A stretch of 47,362 nucleotides of DNA from Clostridiaceae bacterium UBA4839 (GTDB lineage: Bacteria > Bacillota > Clostridia > Clostridiales > Caloramatoraceae). The stretch spans positions 1-47,362 of the forward strand of contig DHEX01000138.1 in assembly GCA_002400085.1 (NCBI GenBank), in the 5' to 3' direction. The position numbers were made by a program, and so were the translations under genes. Below, one piece after another: positions 9,183-18,165 of the stretch (positions are counted from its first letter, which is position 1; every line of letters starts with the position of its first letter). Below the pieces are notes generated by a model. That model saw only the letters and a list, made by a program, of their open reading frames with translations. It had not been told where the DNA came from and searched no databases.

Positions 9183-9638
9183 TCACCTCATTAAAAAATA
9201 ATAAATTAAACCAACTATTACTGATGATGATACTCCATATACTAAAACTGGTCCTGCAATTACAAACATCTTCCCTCCAATTCCAAAAACATAACCTTCA
9301 TTTTTAAATTCCATAGCTGGAGCCACTATGGAATTTGCAAATCCAGTTATTGGAACTACCGTTCCTGCTCCTGCATACTTTGCAATATCATCATAAACAC
9401 CTATCCCTGTTAAAAAAGCACCTAAAAACACCATTATAGCAGCAACATAATATCCTATGTCATCATTAGATACGCCGTAGGAAAGAAATAAATTCATAAA
9501 GAATTGTCCAACATCACATATTAAGCCTCCTATGACAAAAGCAAGTATACAATCTTTTAATAATGTAGATTCTGGGTTCTTTTCATTCACCATTTTGCTA
9601 AAATCATTAGATATGTTTTTTTCTGCTTTTTTCTCCAT
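9183..9638 (-). CDS. spoVAC: Stage V sporulation protein AC
   Basis: 151-aa multi-TM protein, first large gene of the spoVA tricistron. Confidence 0.85.
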   Translation of the reverse strand: MEKKAEKNISNDFSKMVNEKNPESTLLKDCILAFVIGGLICDVGQFFMNLFLSYGVSNDDIGYYVAAIMVFLGAFLTGIGVYDDIAKYAGAGTVVPITGFANSIVAPAMEFKNEGYVFGIGGKMFVIAGPVLVYGVSSSVIVGLIYYFLMR

Positions 9639-9642
9639 AAAA

Positions 9643-9786
9643 TCACCTGCTATCTTCTATATTTGTTTTATTCCCCCTTATCATAGAAGGGAAATCAATC
9701 AATACTTTGTCATAATCAAACCTTAAGTATTTATCTTCCTTTTGCTTGGCCTTTGATACTTCATACTTTTTATTATTGTTATACAT
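9643..9786 (-). CDS. Unlisted small ORF (47 aa, MYNNNKKYEVSKAKQKEDKYLRFDYDKVLIDFPSMIRGNKTNIEDSR)
   Basis: ATG at 9786 preceded by ggaggagg. Its TGA (9643-9645) lies 4 nt before the spoVAC ATG. It is below the ORF-track size cutoff. Confidence 0.4.
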   Translation of the reverse strand: MYNNNKKYEVSKAKQKEDKYLRFDYDKVLIDFPSMIRGNKTNIEDSR

Positions 9787-9892
9787 AATTCCTCCTCCAT
9801 TACCTTCCTGCCTATCGAGAGCTAAATCTATCTTATTTTTTTAACTGCCCTGCACTACCACTCTTTTTTATTCTCCCTCTAAAAAAATTTTT

Positions 9893-9925
9893 AATGCAAA
9901 AAAAATCCACGATTAAATCATGGAT
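9893..9925 (-). terminator. Rho-independent terminator of the spoIIA (sigF) operon
   Basis: Minus strand: atccatgat-tta-atcgtggat followed by 8 T. The stem overlaps the sigF stop codon. Confidence 0.65.
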
Positions 9926-10665
9926 TTTCTTAAATAATCTAATACTTTTTTTTCAATTCTGGATACTTGAACTTGGGATATACCAAGTTTTTCTGCCACC
10001 TGACTCTGGGTTAAATCTTTAAAATATCTTAATATAATTACCTGTCTTGCTCTAGGCTCTAATTTTCCTATAAGCTCTTTTAATGCTACCATATCTATAA
10101 GATCTACATCATTATCCTTTATCTCACTTATTTTATCAATAAGAAGTATAGGTGCGCCATCATCCTGATGTATTGTATCATAAAGATATTCTGGTGTACA
10201 CATACTTTCAAGGCTCATAACCACATCTTCAGATGCAATTGAAAGCTCAGAGGCAATTTCTTCTATTGTTGGATCCCGTCCAAACTGCTTTGTAAGCTTT
10301 TCTTTTGTGATTCTAACTTTGCTTGCAATTTCTTTCATATTTCTACTGACTTTGATAGGACCATCGTCCCTTAAAAATCTTTTTATTTCCCCTATAATCA
10401 TAGGTACTGCATAGGTGGAAAACTTTACTCCAAAATTCTTATCAAAATTTCTTACTGCTTTTATAAGCCCTATGCATCCTACCTGGAATAAATCTTCATA
10501 TTCATATCCTCTTCCAAGAAATTTTTTAACTATAGAAGACACCAATCCAATATTTAATTTAACAACTTCATCCTGAGCATCTTTATCTCCATTTTGACTT
10601 TTACTTATAAGTTCCATCATTTCTTCATAATCTTTAAAGCTTCGTTCACTGGATCCATTATTCAT
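9913..10665 (-). CDS. sigF: Sporulation sigma factor F
   Basis: Sigma-70 regions 2-4 (YEDLFQVGCIGLIKAV; the HTH SQVAEKLGISQVQVSRIEKK). Third gene after spoIIAA and spoIIAB. Confidence 0.9.
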   Translation of the reverse strand: MNNGSSERSFKDYEEMMELISKSQNGDKDAQDEVVKLNIGLVSSIVKKFLGRGYEYEDLFQVGCIGLIKAVRNFDKNFGVKFSTYAVPMIIGEIKRFLRDDGPIKVSRNMKEIASKVRITKEKLTKQFGRDPTIEEIASELSIASEDVVMSLESMCTPEYLYDTIHQDDGAPILLIDKISEIKDNDVDLIDMVALKELIGKLEPRARQVIILRYFKDLTQSQVAEKLGISQVQVSRIEKKVLDYLRKSMI

Positions 10666-10679
10666 AATTATTCCCCCAG

Positions 10680-11105
10680 CTAAATGGATTTAAACTCTTT
10701 AACCATTGTTACCCTGGTGCCTATATTAGGTGTTGATTCCACCTTAAGACTATCCATAAAAGTCTCCATTACAGTAAATCCCATTCCTGATCTTTCAAGT
10801 TCAGGCCTTGAAGTATATAAAGGCTGCATTGCAAGCTCAATATCCTCTATACCCTTACCTTCATCAGAAACAACTACTGTAAGTTTTTTCCCTTCAATTT
10901 TACATTCAATTGTAATAACCCCAACTTCACCCTCATAACCATGAATTATAGAATTCGTTACTGCTTCTGAAACTGCGGTCTTAACATCAGCTATTTCTTC
11001 AATAGTAGGATCAAGCTGAGCTGCAAAAGCTGCAACCACAACCCTTGCAAAGGATTCATTTTCAGACTTGCTTGGAAACTCAAGTTTCATTTCATTTTCA
11101 AACAT
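10680..11105 (-). CDS. spoIIAB: Anti-sigma F factor (serine kinase)
   Basis: HATPase-like motifs ([20 protein letters not shown]), 141 aa. Confidence 0.9.
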   Translation of the reverse strand: MFENEMKLEFPSKSENESFARVVVAAFAAQLDPTIEEIADVKTAVSEAVTNSIIHGYEGEVGVITIECKIEGKKLTVVVSDEGKGIEDIELAMQPLYTSRPELERSGMGFTVMETFMDSLKVESTPNIGTRVTMVKEFKSI

Positions 11106-11118
11106 ATATCATCCCCCC

Positions 11119-11454
11119 TTATATGCTGGAAACAGCTTTTGATAAATCATCATATTCATCGATGATTTTAAAAAGGCCCGCTATTTCAAAAACTTTTTTT
11201 ATTTTAGGTGATAACCCAATTACAACTACTTTCCCACCATATTGTATTATTTTTTTATACCTTCCTATTACTACCCCTATACCTGAACTGTCCATAAAGT
11301 TTACTTCAGCAAAGTCAAATATTAAATTTTTAGCGCCTAATTCCTCTATTTTATTGTCTATTTTTATCCTGACAATTTCTGATGAATGATGGTCTAATTC
11401 ACCTGACATTTTTACTACCAAAGCTTTCCCTATGTCATCAAATTTTAAAATCAT
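11119..11454 (-). CDS. spoIIAA: Anti-anti-sigma F factor (STAS)
   Basis: STAS domain with the phosphorylatable DSSGIGV motif. I trimmed the start to the ATG at 11454, after the RBS gggggga. Confidence 0.85.
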   Translation of the reverse strand: MILKFDDIGKALVVKMSGELDHHSSEIVRIKIDNKIEELGAKNLIFDFAEVNFMDSSGIGVVIGRYKKIIQYGGKVVVIGLSPKIKKVFEIAGLFKIIDEYDDLSKAVSSI

Positions 11455-11488
11455 CAACATTCCCCCCAATACATTAGTTATGTAGTAT

Positions 11489-11515
11489 ATTCTATAAATT
11501 ACATAATATTCCTCC
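11489..11515 (-). promoter_or_regulatory. Sigma-H type promoter of the spoIIA operon
   Basis: Minus strand reads ggAGGAATAttatgtaatttatAGAATat. This fits RNAGGAWWW-N11-RNNGAAT, about 35 nt upstream of the spoIIAA ATG. Confidence 0.5.
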
Positions 11516-11576
11516 CATTATTTGCAAATTTTTTTATTATTCTTTTTTTATTATTTCCATTTATTCTATTCTTATA

Positions 11577-11657
11577 CATCAAGTTCTTCTTAGCTTCAGA
11601 TGGAATTTGCTTAAAAGGAAATACTTACTCCATCTGAAGCTTAGAAGAACTTATCCA
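11577..11657. repeat. Repeat E copy 1 (24-bp-stem hairpin)
   Basis: aagttcttcttagcttcagatgga (11581-11604) pairs with tccatctgaagcttagaagaactt (11629-11652) with 1 mismatch. It is bounded by catcaag... and ...atcca, as in copy 2. Confidence 0.8.
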
Positions 11658-11702
11658 TATCGGACAAATTAAATAAAGTGAACTTAGAGGGCCTTATTAG
11701 CT

Positions 11703-12275
11703 TTATATTGCTTTTATTAATGTAAGAATTCCAAATGTAATAAATATTCCTGCAGTTATCCATTTTACAACCCTTTTAGGTATATATTTAAGTAGCATTG
11801 CTCCTCCAACTACTCCAATTCCATCTGCTATAAACATTCCTAAAACTGCTCCCAAAAATACGGGAATAGGACTTTTATATTGAGCAGCCATAGTTATTGC
11901 CATTAGCTGCGTCTTATCGCCAAGTTCTCCTACAAAAAATGTTGAAGCTACAGTAATAATTGGTCCATACTTGCAGGACTTTTTATTTGTTCCATCTACT
12001 TCATCGCTTTCATCATCTTTACTAAATATTGTCCAAAATCCAAAGATTAGAAATGAAGCAGCAGCTATAAGCTGTATATAATTCATTGGTATAGCACTGC
12101 TAAGGTAGTTTCCAAATAAAACAGCAAGAGCATTTAAAAGTATAATAGCAGATGTTATACCAATCAAAACCTCTTTAACCTTATATTTGCTTGCAAAAGC
12201 AACAGATAAAAGTTGAGTTTTATCACCCATTTCTGCCAACAATACAAATAAAAATGCTTTTAAAAAAATAGACAT
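11703..12275 (-). CDS. GDT1/UPF0016 (TMEM165-like) Mn2+/Ca2+ transporter
   Basis: Two E-x-G-D-K-T motifs (AEMGDKTQ, GELGDKTQ). I trimmed the start to the ATG at 12275, after the RBS aggggg. It lies downstream of a yybP-ykoY riboswitch. Confidence 0.85.
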   Translation of the reverse strand: MSIFLKAFLFVLLAEMGDKTQLLSVAFASKYKVKEVLIGITSAIILLNALAVLFGNYLSSAIPMNYIQLIAAASFLIFGFWTIFSKDDESDEVDGTNKKSCKYGPIITVASTFFVGELGDKTQLMAITMAAQYKSPIPVFLGAVLGMFIADGIGVVGGAMLLKYIPKRVVKWITAGIFITFGILTLIKAI

Positions 12276-12308
12276 ATTAATACCCCCTACATAATAATTT
12301 TGGTTTTT

Positions 12309-12411
12309 CATCAAGTGATTCTTAGACTTAGGTGGAGTTCGCTTATGAGGAATACCCCTAGTCTAAGAAGAACTTATCCAGGGGCGTAGCATCCGTTATC
12401 CCACACATCCC
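12309..12411. repeat. Repeat E copy 2 plus a D-like tail
   Basis: catcaagtgattcttagacttagg ... cctagtctaagaagaacttatcca has the same ends and orientation as 11577-11657. The tail ggggcgtagcatccgtt resembles the repeat D core. Confidence 0.7.
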
Positions 12412-12423
12412 CATTTTCTTTTA

Positions 12424-12548
12424 TAAAAAAAGACCTTTAACACAATTTAAATTGTGTTAAAGGTCTCACATCTTAAAATAAAGCCAGGTCTAAAGACCAG
12501 TATGTTGACTTTATCACCCAAATGGGCTGCTACTCCCCTTCAACTATA
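12424..12548 (-). promoter_or_regulatory. yybP-ykoY (Mn2+) riboswitch with terminator expression platform
   Basis: Minus strand: gaaGGGGAGTAGc ... aaGTCAACATAC ... tgtGAGACC, followed by the terminator gacctttaacaca-N10-tgtgttaaaggtc + TTTTTTT. The 3' P1 strand is shared with the terminator stem. Confidence 0.85.
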
Positions 12549-12578
12549 AAAATTTAATATATAATCAACAATAATGAT

Positions 12579-12607
12579 ATATTATCATTTAGTTATATGC
12601 TTGTCAA
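12579..12607 (-). promoter_or_regulatory. Sigma-A promoter driving the riboswitch and transporter
   Basis: Minus strand: ttgaca, 17 nt spacer, (tga)taatat, i.e. an extended -10, about 25 nt before the aptamer. Confidence 0.6.
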
Positions 12608-12664
12608 TATTTACAAATATCCCCTCAATTACAGCATGCGTCCTAAAAATTTCAATTTGCAGCC

Positions 12665-12693
12665 TTGCTATAAACTTTGTTAAATGATAAAAT
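12665..12693 (+). promoter_or_regulatory. Candidate sigma-A promoter for speE
   Basis: ttgcta, 17 nt spacer, (tga)taaaat. Confidence 0.4.
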
Positions 12694-12739
12694 CACTATA
12701 ACCATTATAAAAAATATATTATTGAAGGGGGCATATGGC

Positions 12740-13573
12740 ATGGAAATGTGGGTTAAAGAAATGCAGATTGAAGATGCTGCAATGACATACAAGGTAAATC
12801 AGACTTTAGTACGAAAAAAAACAAAATACCAAGATCTTGCTATTGTTGATACAGAATCTTTAGGAAGAATGTTATTACTTGATGGAATTGTACAAACAAC
12901 AACTAAGGATGAATATGTATATCATGAAATGATAGTCCACATTCCACTTTTTACCCATCCAAATCCTAAAAAGGTTTTAGTAGTAGGCGGTGGGGATGGA
13001 GGTGCAATAAGAGAAATATTACGCCATAAATCAGTTGAAAAAGCTGTTCTATGCGAAATAGATCAGGACGTTATAACTGAATGTAAAAAATATCTTCCTG
13101 AGATAAGCTGTTCTCTTGATGATCCAAGATGTGAAATAGTTATAGGTGATGGAATAAAATACGTTAAAGAACATAAAAACGAATTCGATGTTATTATAGT
13201 TGATTCCACAGATCCTTTGAATGCTGCAGAAGGATTATTTGGCGGAAATTTCTATAACGACGTTTATGACAGTTTAAAAGAAGATGGAATATTTGTTGCT
13301 CAAACTGAAAGCCCTTTTTATCTTCCTGATGTAGTAAAAAGAGTCTTCAGTGATGTTCGTAAAATCTTCCCAATTACTAAGCTTTTCATGGCAGGAATTC
13401 CTACCTATCCAGGTGGTTACTGGAGCTTTACTGTGGGCTCTAAAAAATATGATCCACAAAATGTAGATACTTCAAAAATTCCTGAAATGCCGATGAAATA
13501 CTATACCAAAGATCTTCACAAGGCATGTTTTGTACTTCCTCAGTATATTAAAGATATAATAGGCGAAAAGTAG
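12740..13573 (+). CDS. speE: Spermidine synthase
   Basis: [17 protein letters not shown]/dcSAM motif and DSTDP. I trimmed the start to the ATG at 12740, after the RBS gaaggggg. Confidence 0.9.
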   Translation: MEMWVKEMQIEDAAMTYKVNQTLVRKKTKYQDLAIVDTESLGRMLLLDGIVQTTTKDEYVYHEMIVHIPLFTHPNPKKVLVVGGGDGGAIREILRHKSVEKAVLCEIDQDVITECKKYLPEISCSLDDPRCEIVIGDGIKYVKEHKNEFDVIIVDSTDPLNAAEGLFGGNFYNDVYDSLKEDGIFVAQTESPFYLPDVVKRVFSDVRKIFPITKLFMAGIPTYPGGYWSFTVGSKKYDPQNVDTSKIPEMPMKYYTKDLHKACFVLPQYIKDIIGEK

Positions 13574-13576
13574 TTT

Positions 13577-13625
13577 TTAAGCCTAATGGAACTGCCCCAA
13601 GGAACTGCTTCCTATTAAGTAAACA
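13577..13625. repeat. Possible repeat F fragment
   Basis: tttttaagcctaatggaactgcccc resembles 18204-18255 (acttttaagctaaag...ggaactttgccc) with an internal deletion. Confidence 0.35.
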
Positions 13626-13641
13626 GATAAAAAATACAAAA

Positions 13642-13834
13642 ACAGCGGAGATAAAAGAAAAATATATGTAATGAACATAGAATGAGCAAGTAGAAGATCA
13701 ATGGTGGAAAATGTAGGGAGCGATCTTGACCGTTCCGCCCTCCTAAATTCTGATCATCATGCGGAGGAACGGTCAAGACCGTTTTCCCTACAGCTTGTCT
13801 GGCACTTTTCACCTTAGAGTATTAAAGTGAATGG
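13642..13834. repeat. Composite repeat: B-left core + complete REP-A pair (13713-13791) + degenerate B-right
   Basis: acagcggagataaaagaaaaatatatgtaatgaacatagaatgagca is the B-left core. gtagggagcgatcttgaccgttcc ... ggaacggtcaagaccgttttccctac is REP-A. aaagtgaatgg is a B-right remnant. Confidence 0.8.
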
Positions 13835-13841
13835 GGAAAAA

Positions 13842-14330
13842 CTATTTTGCACCAGTCTCATTTTTTACTTCTATCATGTTTACATTATCATCTTTAAAAT
13901 ATTTTGTCTTTGATGCTAAAAATGTAACCAAAAAGGCTGCAAAAAGCCTTGAAAAAAGTATAAGCCATCCGTTAGCTCCTATCTCAGTAAATAAAAGCGT
14001 ATCCTCAAAAATTGCATGGCAGGATGCAAGAAAAATTATTACAAGATTAACTTCTCTTTTTTTCATGTTTCCCTCATTTACAGAATCAATAATAATTCCT
14101 GCACCATATAAAAGGCCAAAAAACAATCCCGAAAGAAGCGGTATTATCGAATATTTCGATGTCCCTAAAAATCTTGTCAAAGGTTTTAAAAAATTAGCTA
14201 TCTTTTCTAACATATTCAAATCTTTAATGATTTCTATTGCAATCATAAGCGGGACAACAATTTTCACAACTGTCCACATAGAAGATAAACTTCCTAATAA
14301 AGCTTCTTTTAAAATTGCAATTATACTCAT
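13842..14330 (-). CDS. Nucleoside-recognition (Gate) domain membrane protein
   Basis: Hydrophobic 162-aa protein paired with the adjacent Gate-domain ORF. The opposite-strand ORF 13831..14334 is its shadow. Confidence 0.55.
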   Translation of the reverse strand: MSIIAILKEALLGSLSSMWTVVKIVVPLMIAIEIIKDLNMLEKIANFLKPLTRFLGTSKYSIIPLLSGLFFGLLYGAGIIIDSVNEGNMKKREVNLVIIFLASCHAIFEDTLLFTEIGANGWLILFSRLFAAFLVTFLASKTKYFKDDNVNMIEVKNETGAK

Positions 14331-14340
14331 ATAAACACCT

Positions 14341-14763
14341 CTAAATTATGATATTTAATATAATTCCAGATAATATAGCAAGTGTTTGTCTTAAAACTAT
14401 TATCATCCATGCTGATACTCCAACTTTTTTGCATATTGCAGTCTCAAGAAAGAGACTGTGAGAAAAGCACAGCATAACAGATATAATAGTTATCTCCTTA
14501 GCAGTAAGTTCTAGTGCAGAAAGAGCACCAATAGCTGCATATAAATTTATCATATTCCCCATAACAAATGGGACTGCAGCTTCCCCCGGAAGACCTACTA
14601 TATGCATAATAGGTTTAAAAAAATCAGCAATATATCTCATTATAGGGGTATACTTTAAAAAAGTTACTAAGAAGTAAACAGGAATTAAAACTTTACCAAT
14701 ATATACTATAGTTTTTGCACCCTTATTAATACCTCTTTTAAATGTGTTCTCTGTAATTGACAC
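14341..14763 (-). CDS. Nucleoside-recognition (Gate) domain membrane protein
   Basis: 140 aa, multi-TM, Gate-like GLPGEAAVPFVMG segment. GTG start after gggggtgg. Confidence 0.55.
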   Translation of the reverse strand: MSITENTFKRGINKGAKTIVYIGKVLIPVYFLVTFLKYTPIMRYIADFFKPIMHIVGLPGEAAVPFVMGNMINLYAAIGALSALELTAKEITIISVMLCFSHSLFLETAICKKVGVSAWMIIVLRQTLAILSGIILNIII

Positions 14764-14901
14764 TTTTCCACCCCCATTTGTAATTATAACATTTTTAACC
14801 AGCTATATCGATAATTATGTATTAAAATTTATCTTTAGAAGACTCATTGATGAGTTTTATTGATATAATATAGTAAAATAAATATTTTAGGAGAGGATAA
14901 A

Positions 14902-15219
14902 ATGAAATGCCCTTATTGTGGTAATGATGTAGATATTAATGATGAAACATGCCCTTACTGCTTTAAAAAAATTGATACGGAAGAAAATCATAATTTAAGA
15001 ATACAGATGCTTAAAGAAAAATATATGGAAAAGCCAAAACCAACAAAAAATAAAAATTCGGGATCAAATAAACTTTTAATCCCTGTAGGAATTTTAGGGC
15101 TCGCAGCATCCTTTATAAAAATCTTTAATGGGAGTTCATCCTTTTTTGATTTATTTATGCTAATCCTTTCTTTTTCCCTTATAATTGGGGGCATTAAAAA
15201 TAAAAGAAGAAAAGGCTGA
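14902..15219 (+). CDS. Zinc-ribbon membrane protein (hypothetical)
   Basis: CPYCG-N10-CPYC at the N-terminus and two C-terminal TM segments. RBS aggagagg. Confidence 0.6.
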   Translation: MKCPYCGNDVDINDETCPYCFKKIDTEENHNLRIQMLKEKYMEKPKPTKNKNSGSNKLLIPVGILGLAASFIKIFNGSSSFFDLFMLILSFSLIIGGIKNKRRKG

Positions 15220-15228
15220 TACATCAGC

Positions 15229-16956
15229 CTAATTACACCACTTTTTAATTGCTTCATATTCTTCATCAGTTATTTTAAAATAATCTTTTAGAATATTATC
15301 TATATTATCTTTAAAATTATCCTTTTTGCTTATAACTTCATCCTCCACTTCCTTTATTAAATTTGGTATTTTAAGCTTCATAATTTTGTTAGGATAGTAT
15401 TCATATAAATTGTCTCCAAGTTTTTTTGCCATAGATTTTATATAAAACTCATATATTCTGCTGTTTAAAATGCCTAGCAGATATTCATAACTTATCATTC
15501 CCTGAAACATATCCTTAATTCTAATTCCATACACATCTGCACTAAAATAGCTTCCTTCATCCAATGCAAATCTGTTAGATGATGCTTTAAAAGGATATAC
15601 TATTTTTTTATTTTCAAAGAGTCTTTTATCCCTTCCCCATTGAATTTCATACCATTTTCTTAATCCTTTTTTACACTCACGCCTTAATTTAAGCTTTTCT
15701 TTGAAATTTTCAATATGCTTTAGTGCATTCTTATAATTTTCAATATTCAATAAATCATTTGTATATATAAGTACATCACTTGAAGGTTCTATATAAAAGG
15801 GTTTTATATCTTTATTTTTAATCCAAGGCTTTAATATGCCCTTTTCAATTAAAAGCTCGTCAGCTGTATTATTATCCATGACAAAGGCACTATCACAGCC
15901 CGTTATAACCCCTTGAAAGCTGTCACATAATATATTAAGCTCCACACCTTTAATTTTATTTAAAACATTTTCCTCAATAGTGCTTAGAAAAATCCATCCG
16001 TCATCCTTTAAGCTATCACTTTTTACATTTAAACAGCTTACATACTTATTCTCCCCTAGTTTTATATCTTCAAATACTTTACTTCCCTTATCCTTTGCTG
16101 ATATATTGAGTTTATAGTAATTTATACTGTTTGAAGGCTTTTGTTTTATAACAGTTAAAATTATATTATCTATTCCTACTCCTTTAATTACCCTTACCCC
16201 ATAAAAATCAATTATCTTATCTATAAAGTTTTTGCTTAAAAAATTCCTGATGCCTTTCCCATTTAATGCCTCTAACATATATCTTGATGTAAAAAATTGC
16301 AGTATCCCGCCTTCATAAAGAGAGTTTACAGATTTTTTAATAAAGCAATAAGAAATATCTCCCTTATCCCTAAAAACATCATCATACTTGCTGGAAAGTT
16401 TTCTTCTATAATCTTCACTTAAAACCTTATGCCCCATATATGGCGGATTCCCAATTATAATATCAAATCCAGTATTTTCGCTTAATAAAAAGTCTTTTTC
16501 TAATATATTATCAGATAATACCCCAGATCTTTCATAAAGTTCAATTTTAGTAATAAGAACTGCTGTATTATCTGTATCAAATCCAAATATATTATTGTTT
16601 ATTATATGCTGCTCTGGGTTTTCAAGTTTAAGCTCCTTTGCCATTTCTATAAGTTTTTCATAAATGCATATTAAAAAATACCCGCCTCCACAGCATGGGT
16701 CTAAAATTTTTATATATATATTTTGCTTATAGTTTATTTTTGAAATAGCATCAGATACCATAAAATCAACTATTTCAACAGGAGTATAAAATCTTCCTGT
16801 ATTTTTTTTTGATTCTTTTTTACATAAATTTTGATATATTTCCCCTATACTTTTCTTTACATTCCATTTTTCTTTAAATTTTGAAAGGGATTGCTTGTTG
16901 CCATTAACAATATCTTTATATAAAAAATTTATATCACTGACAAATTCTTTTAACAT
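15229..16956 (-). CDS. Solitary gamma-class N6-adenine DNA methyltransferase (TaqI/Eco57I-like, with C-terminal recognition domain)
   Basis: GRFYTP, motif I ILDPCCGGGYF, motif IV IIGNPPYMG. The ~300-aa C-terminal part is likely the target-recognition domain. RBS aggagg. No nuclease gene is adjacent. Confidence 0.85.
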   Translation of the reverse strand: MLKEFVSDINFLYKDIVNGNKQSLSKFKEKWNVKKSIGEIYQNLCKKESKKNTGRFYTPVEIVDFMVSDAISKINYKQNIYIKILDPCCGGGYFLICIYEKLIEMAKELKLENPEQHIINNNIFGFDTDNTAVLITKIELYERSGVLSDNILEKDFLLSENTGFDIIIGNPPYMGHKVLSEDYRRKLSSKYDDVFRDKGDISYCFIKKSVNSLYEGGILQFFTSRYMLEALNGKGIRNFLSKNFIDKIIDFYGVRVIKGVGIDNIILTVIKQKPSNSINYYKLNISAKDKGSKVFEDIKLGENKYVSCLNVKSDSLKDDGWIFLSTIEENVLNKIKGVELNILCDSFQGVITGCDSAFVMDNNTADELLIEKGILKPWIKNKDIKPFYIEPSSDVLIYTNDLLNIENYKNALKHIENFKEKLKLRRECKKGLRKWYEIQWGRDKRLFENKKIVYPFKASSNRFALDEGSYFSADVYGIRIKDMFQGMISYEYLLGILNSRIYEFYIKSMAKKLGDNLYEYYPNKIMKLKIPNLIKEVEDEVISKKDNFKDNIDNILKDYFKITDEEYEAIKKWCN

Positions 16957-16987
16957 TGAATCCTCCTAATAACAATAAAAATACTAT

Positions 16988-17057
16988 ATCAAGCAAGTCT
17001 TAGAAGTGCCAATCCAGAGGCACAGCAGCCGTTTGAATATTACGGATGGTAGCCATC
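16988..17057 (+). repeat. Repeat D copy 2
   Basis: atcaagcaagtcttagaagtgccaatccagaggcacagcagccgtttgaatattacggatggtagccatc aligns with the reverse complement of 241-305. Confidence 0.7.
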
Positions 17058-17214
17058 AGATAAAGTTTTTGAATAATAAATAGTTTATACTATATACTAA
17101 TTATATATCTTAATGTTATCCTGTACATATGCTATACTAATATTAATTAAAATGATTTAAATTTTGGCAAAATAACATGTAAAAATATATAAAGCAACAT
17201 AAGGAGTGATTAAA

Positions 17215-18165
17215 TTGCAAAATAAGAGAATATTAGCTTTTATACTATCATTACTAATCATAATGCCTTCATGTTCATCTGCTTCATCTAAACTGCCTAA
17301 GAAAACAGGAAATGATAAATCTATAGAAACATCACAAAAGGAAGAAAAAATAACAGAAAAGCAAGAACCTGAAAAAAAGGAAACTGAAAAAAAAGAAGAA
17401 AATAATAAGCCTGACCTTTCTGAAAACAAAACACAGCCCAGCAATCCGCCAAGCCCATCTGAGTACTCTAATACCAAACGAAGCTGGTACTATAACCCTA
17501 ATAAGACTCATAATGTGCCGGAAGTGCCAAATGATGCAAAAGCAATGCTTAAAAAATATTCAGGGTATTATGTTGGGGACACTTCATCCAAAGTAATTTA
17601 CCTTACATTTGATGAAGGATATGAAAATGGATATACTCCAAAAATATTGGATATATTAAAGGAAAATGATGTTAAAGCAGCATTCTTTGTTACCAAACCT
17701 TATATTACGCAGCAAAAGGATTTAATAAAAAGAATGGTAGATGAAGGTCATACTGTTGGGAATCATTCCTCAACCCATCCATCTATGCCTTCTAAAACTT
17801 CAAATCCTGAATCCTTCAAAAAGGAATTTGCAGATACTGCAAAGGCCTTTAAGGATGTAACAGGAAAGGATATGCCAATGTTTTTTAGACCGCCTATGGG
17901 GGAATATAGCGAAAAATCCCTTAAGATGACTGAGGAGCTTGGATATAAATCTATATTTTGGAGTTTTGCACACAAGGATTGGGAAACAGATAATCAACCT
18001 GGAGCAAATGTATCCCATGACAGAGTAATAAATGGAGTTCATAATGGGGCAATAATTTTGCTTCATGCAGTATCTAAAAGCAATACAGAAGCCCTGGATT
18101 TAATAATAAAAGACCTAAAAGCGCAGGGATATACTTTCAAAACGCTTGAGGACTTACCACAGTGA
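17215..18165 (+). CDS. pdaA: Delta-lactam-biosynthetic de-N-acetylase (polysaccharide deacetylase, lipoprotein)
   Basis: NodB motifs LTFDEGYENGYTP and HS..H. Lipobox IMPSC. I propose a TTG start at 17215, 8 nt after aaggag. Confidence 0.75.
   Translation: MQNKRILAFILSLLIIMPSCSSASSKLPKKTGNDKSIETSQKEEKITEKQEPEKKETEKKEENNKPDLSENKTQPSNPPSPSEYSNTKRSWYYNPNKTHNVPEVPNDAKAMLKKYSGYYVGDTSSKVIYLTFDEGYENGYTPKILDILKENDVKAAFFVTKPYITQQKDLIKRMVDEGHTVGNHSSTHPSMPSKTSNPESFKKEFADTAKAFKDVTGKDMPMFFRPPMGEYSEKSLKMTEELGYKSIFWSFAHKDWETDNQPGANVSHDRVINGVHNGAIILLHAVSKSNTEALDLIIKDLKAQGYTFKTLEDLPQ

Noticed and set aside
11489-11512. dif/Xer-like site (attatgtaattt resembles the XerD arm TTATGTAAACT of Firmicute dif)
   Set aside because: Only one half-site-like arm matches, and the XerC arm and central region are absent. 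The sequence is better explained as the spacer of the sigma-H promoter.
13615-13812. 65-aa ORF (minus strand) downstream of speE
   Set aside because: It is a translation artefact of the B/REP-A composite repeat.
13831-14334. 167-aa plus-strand ORF fully overlapping 13842..14330 (-)
   Set aside because: The minus-strand frame encodes a coherent multi-TM Gate-domain protein in an operon with 14341..14763. The plus-strand frame is a low-complexity shadow without an RBS.
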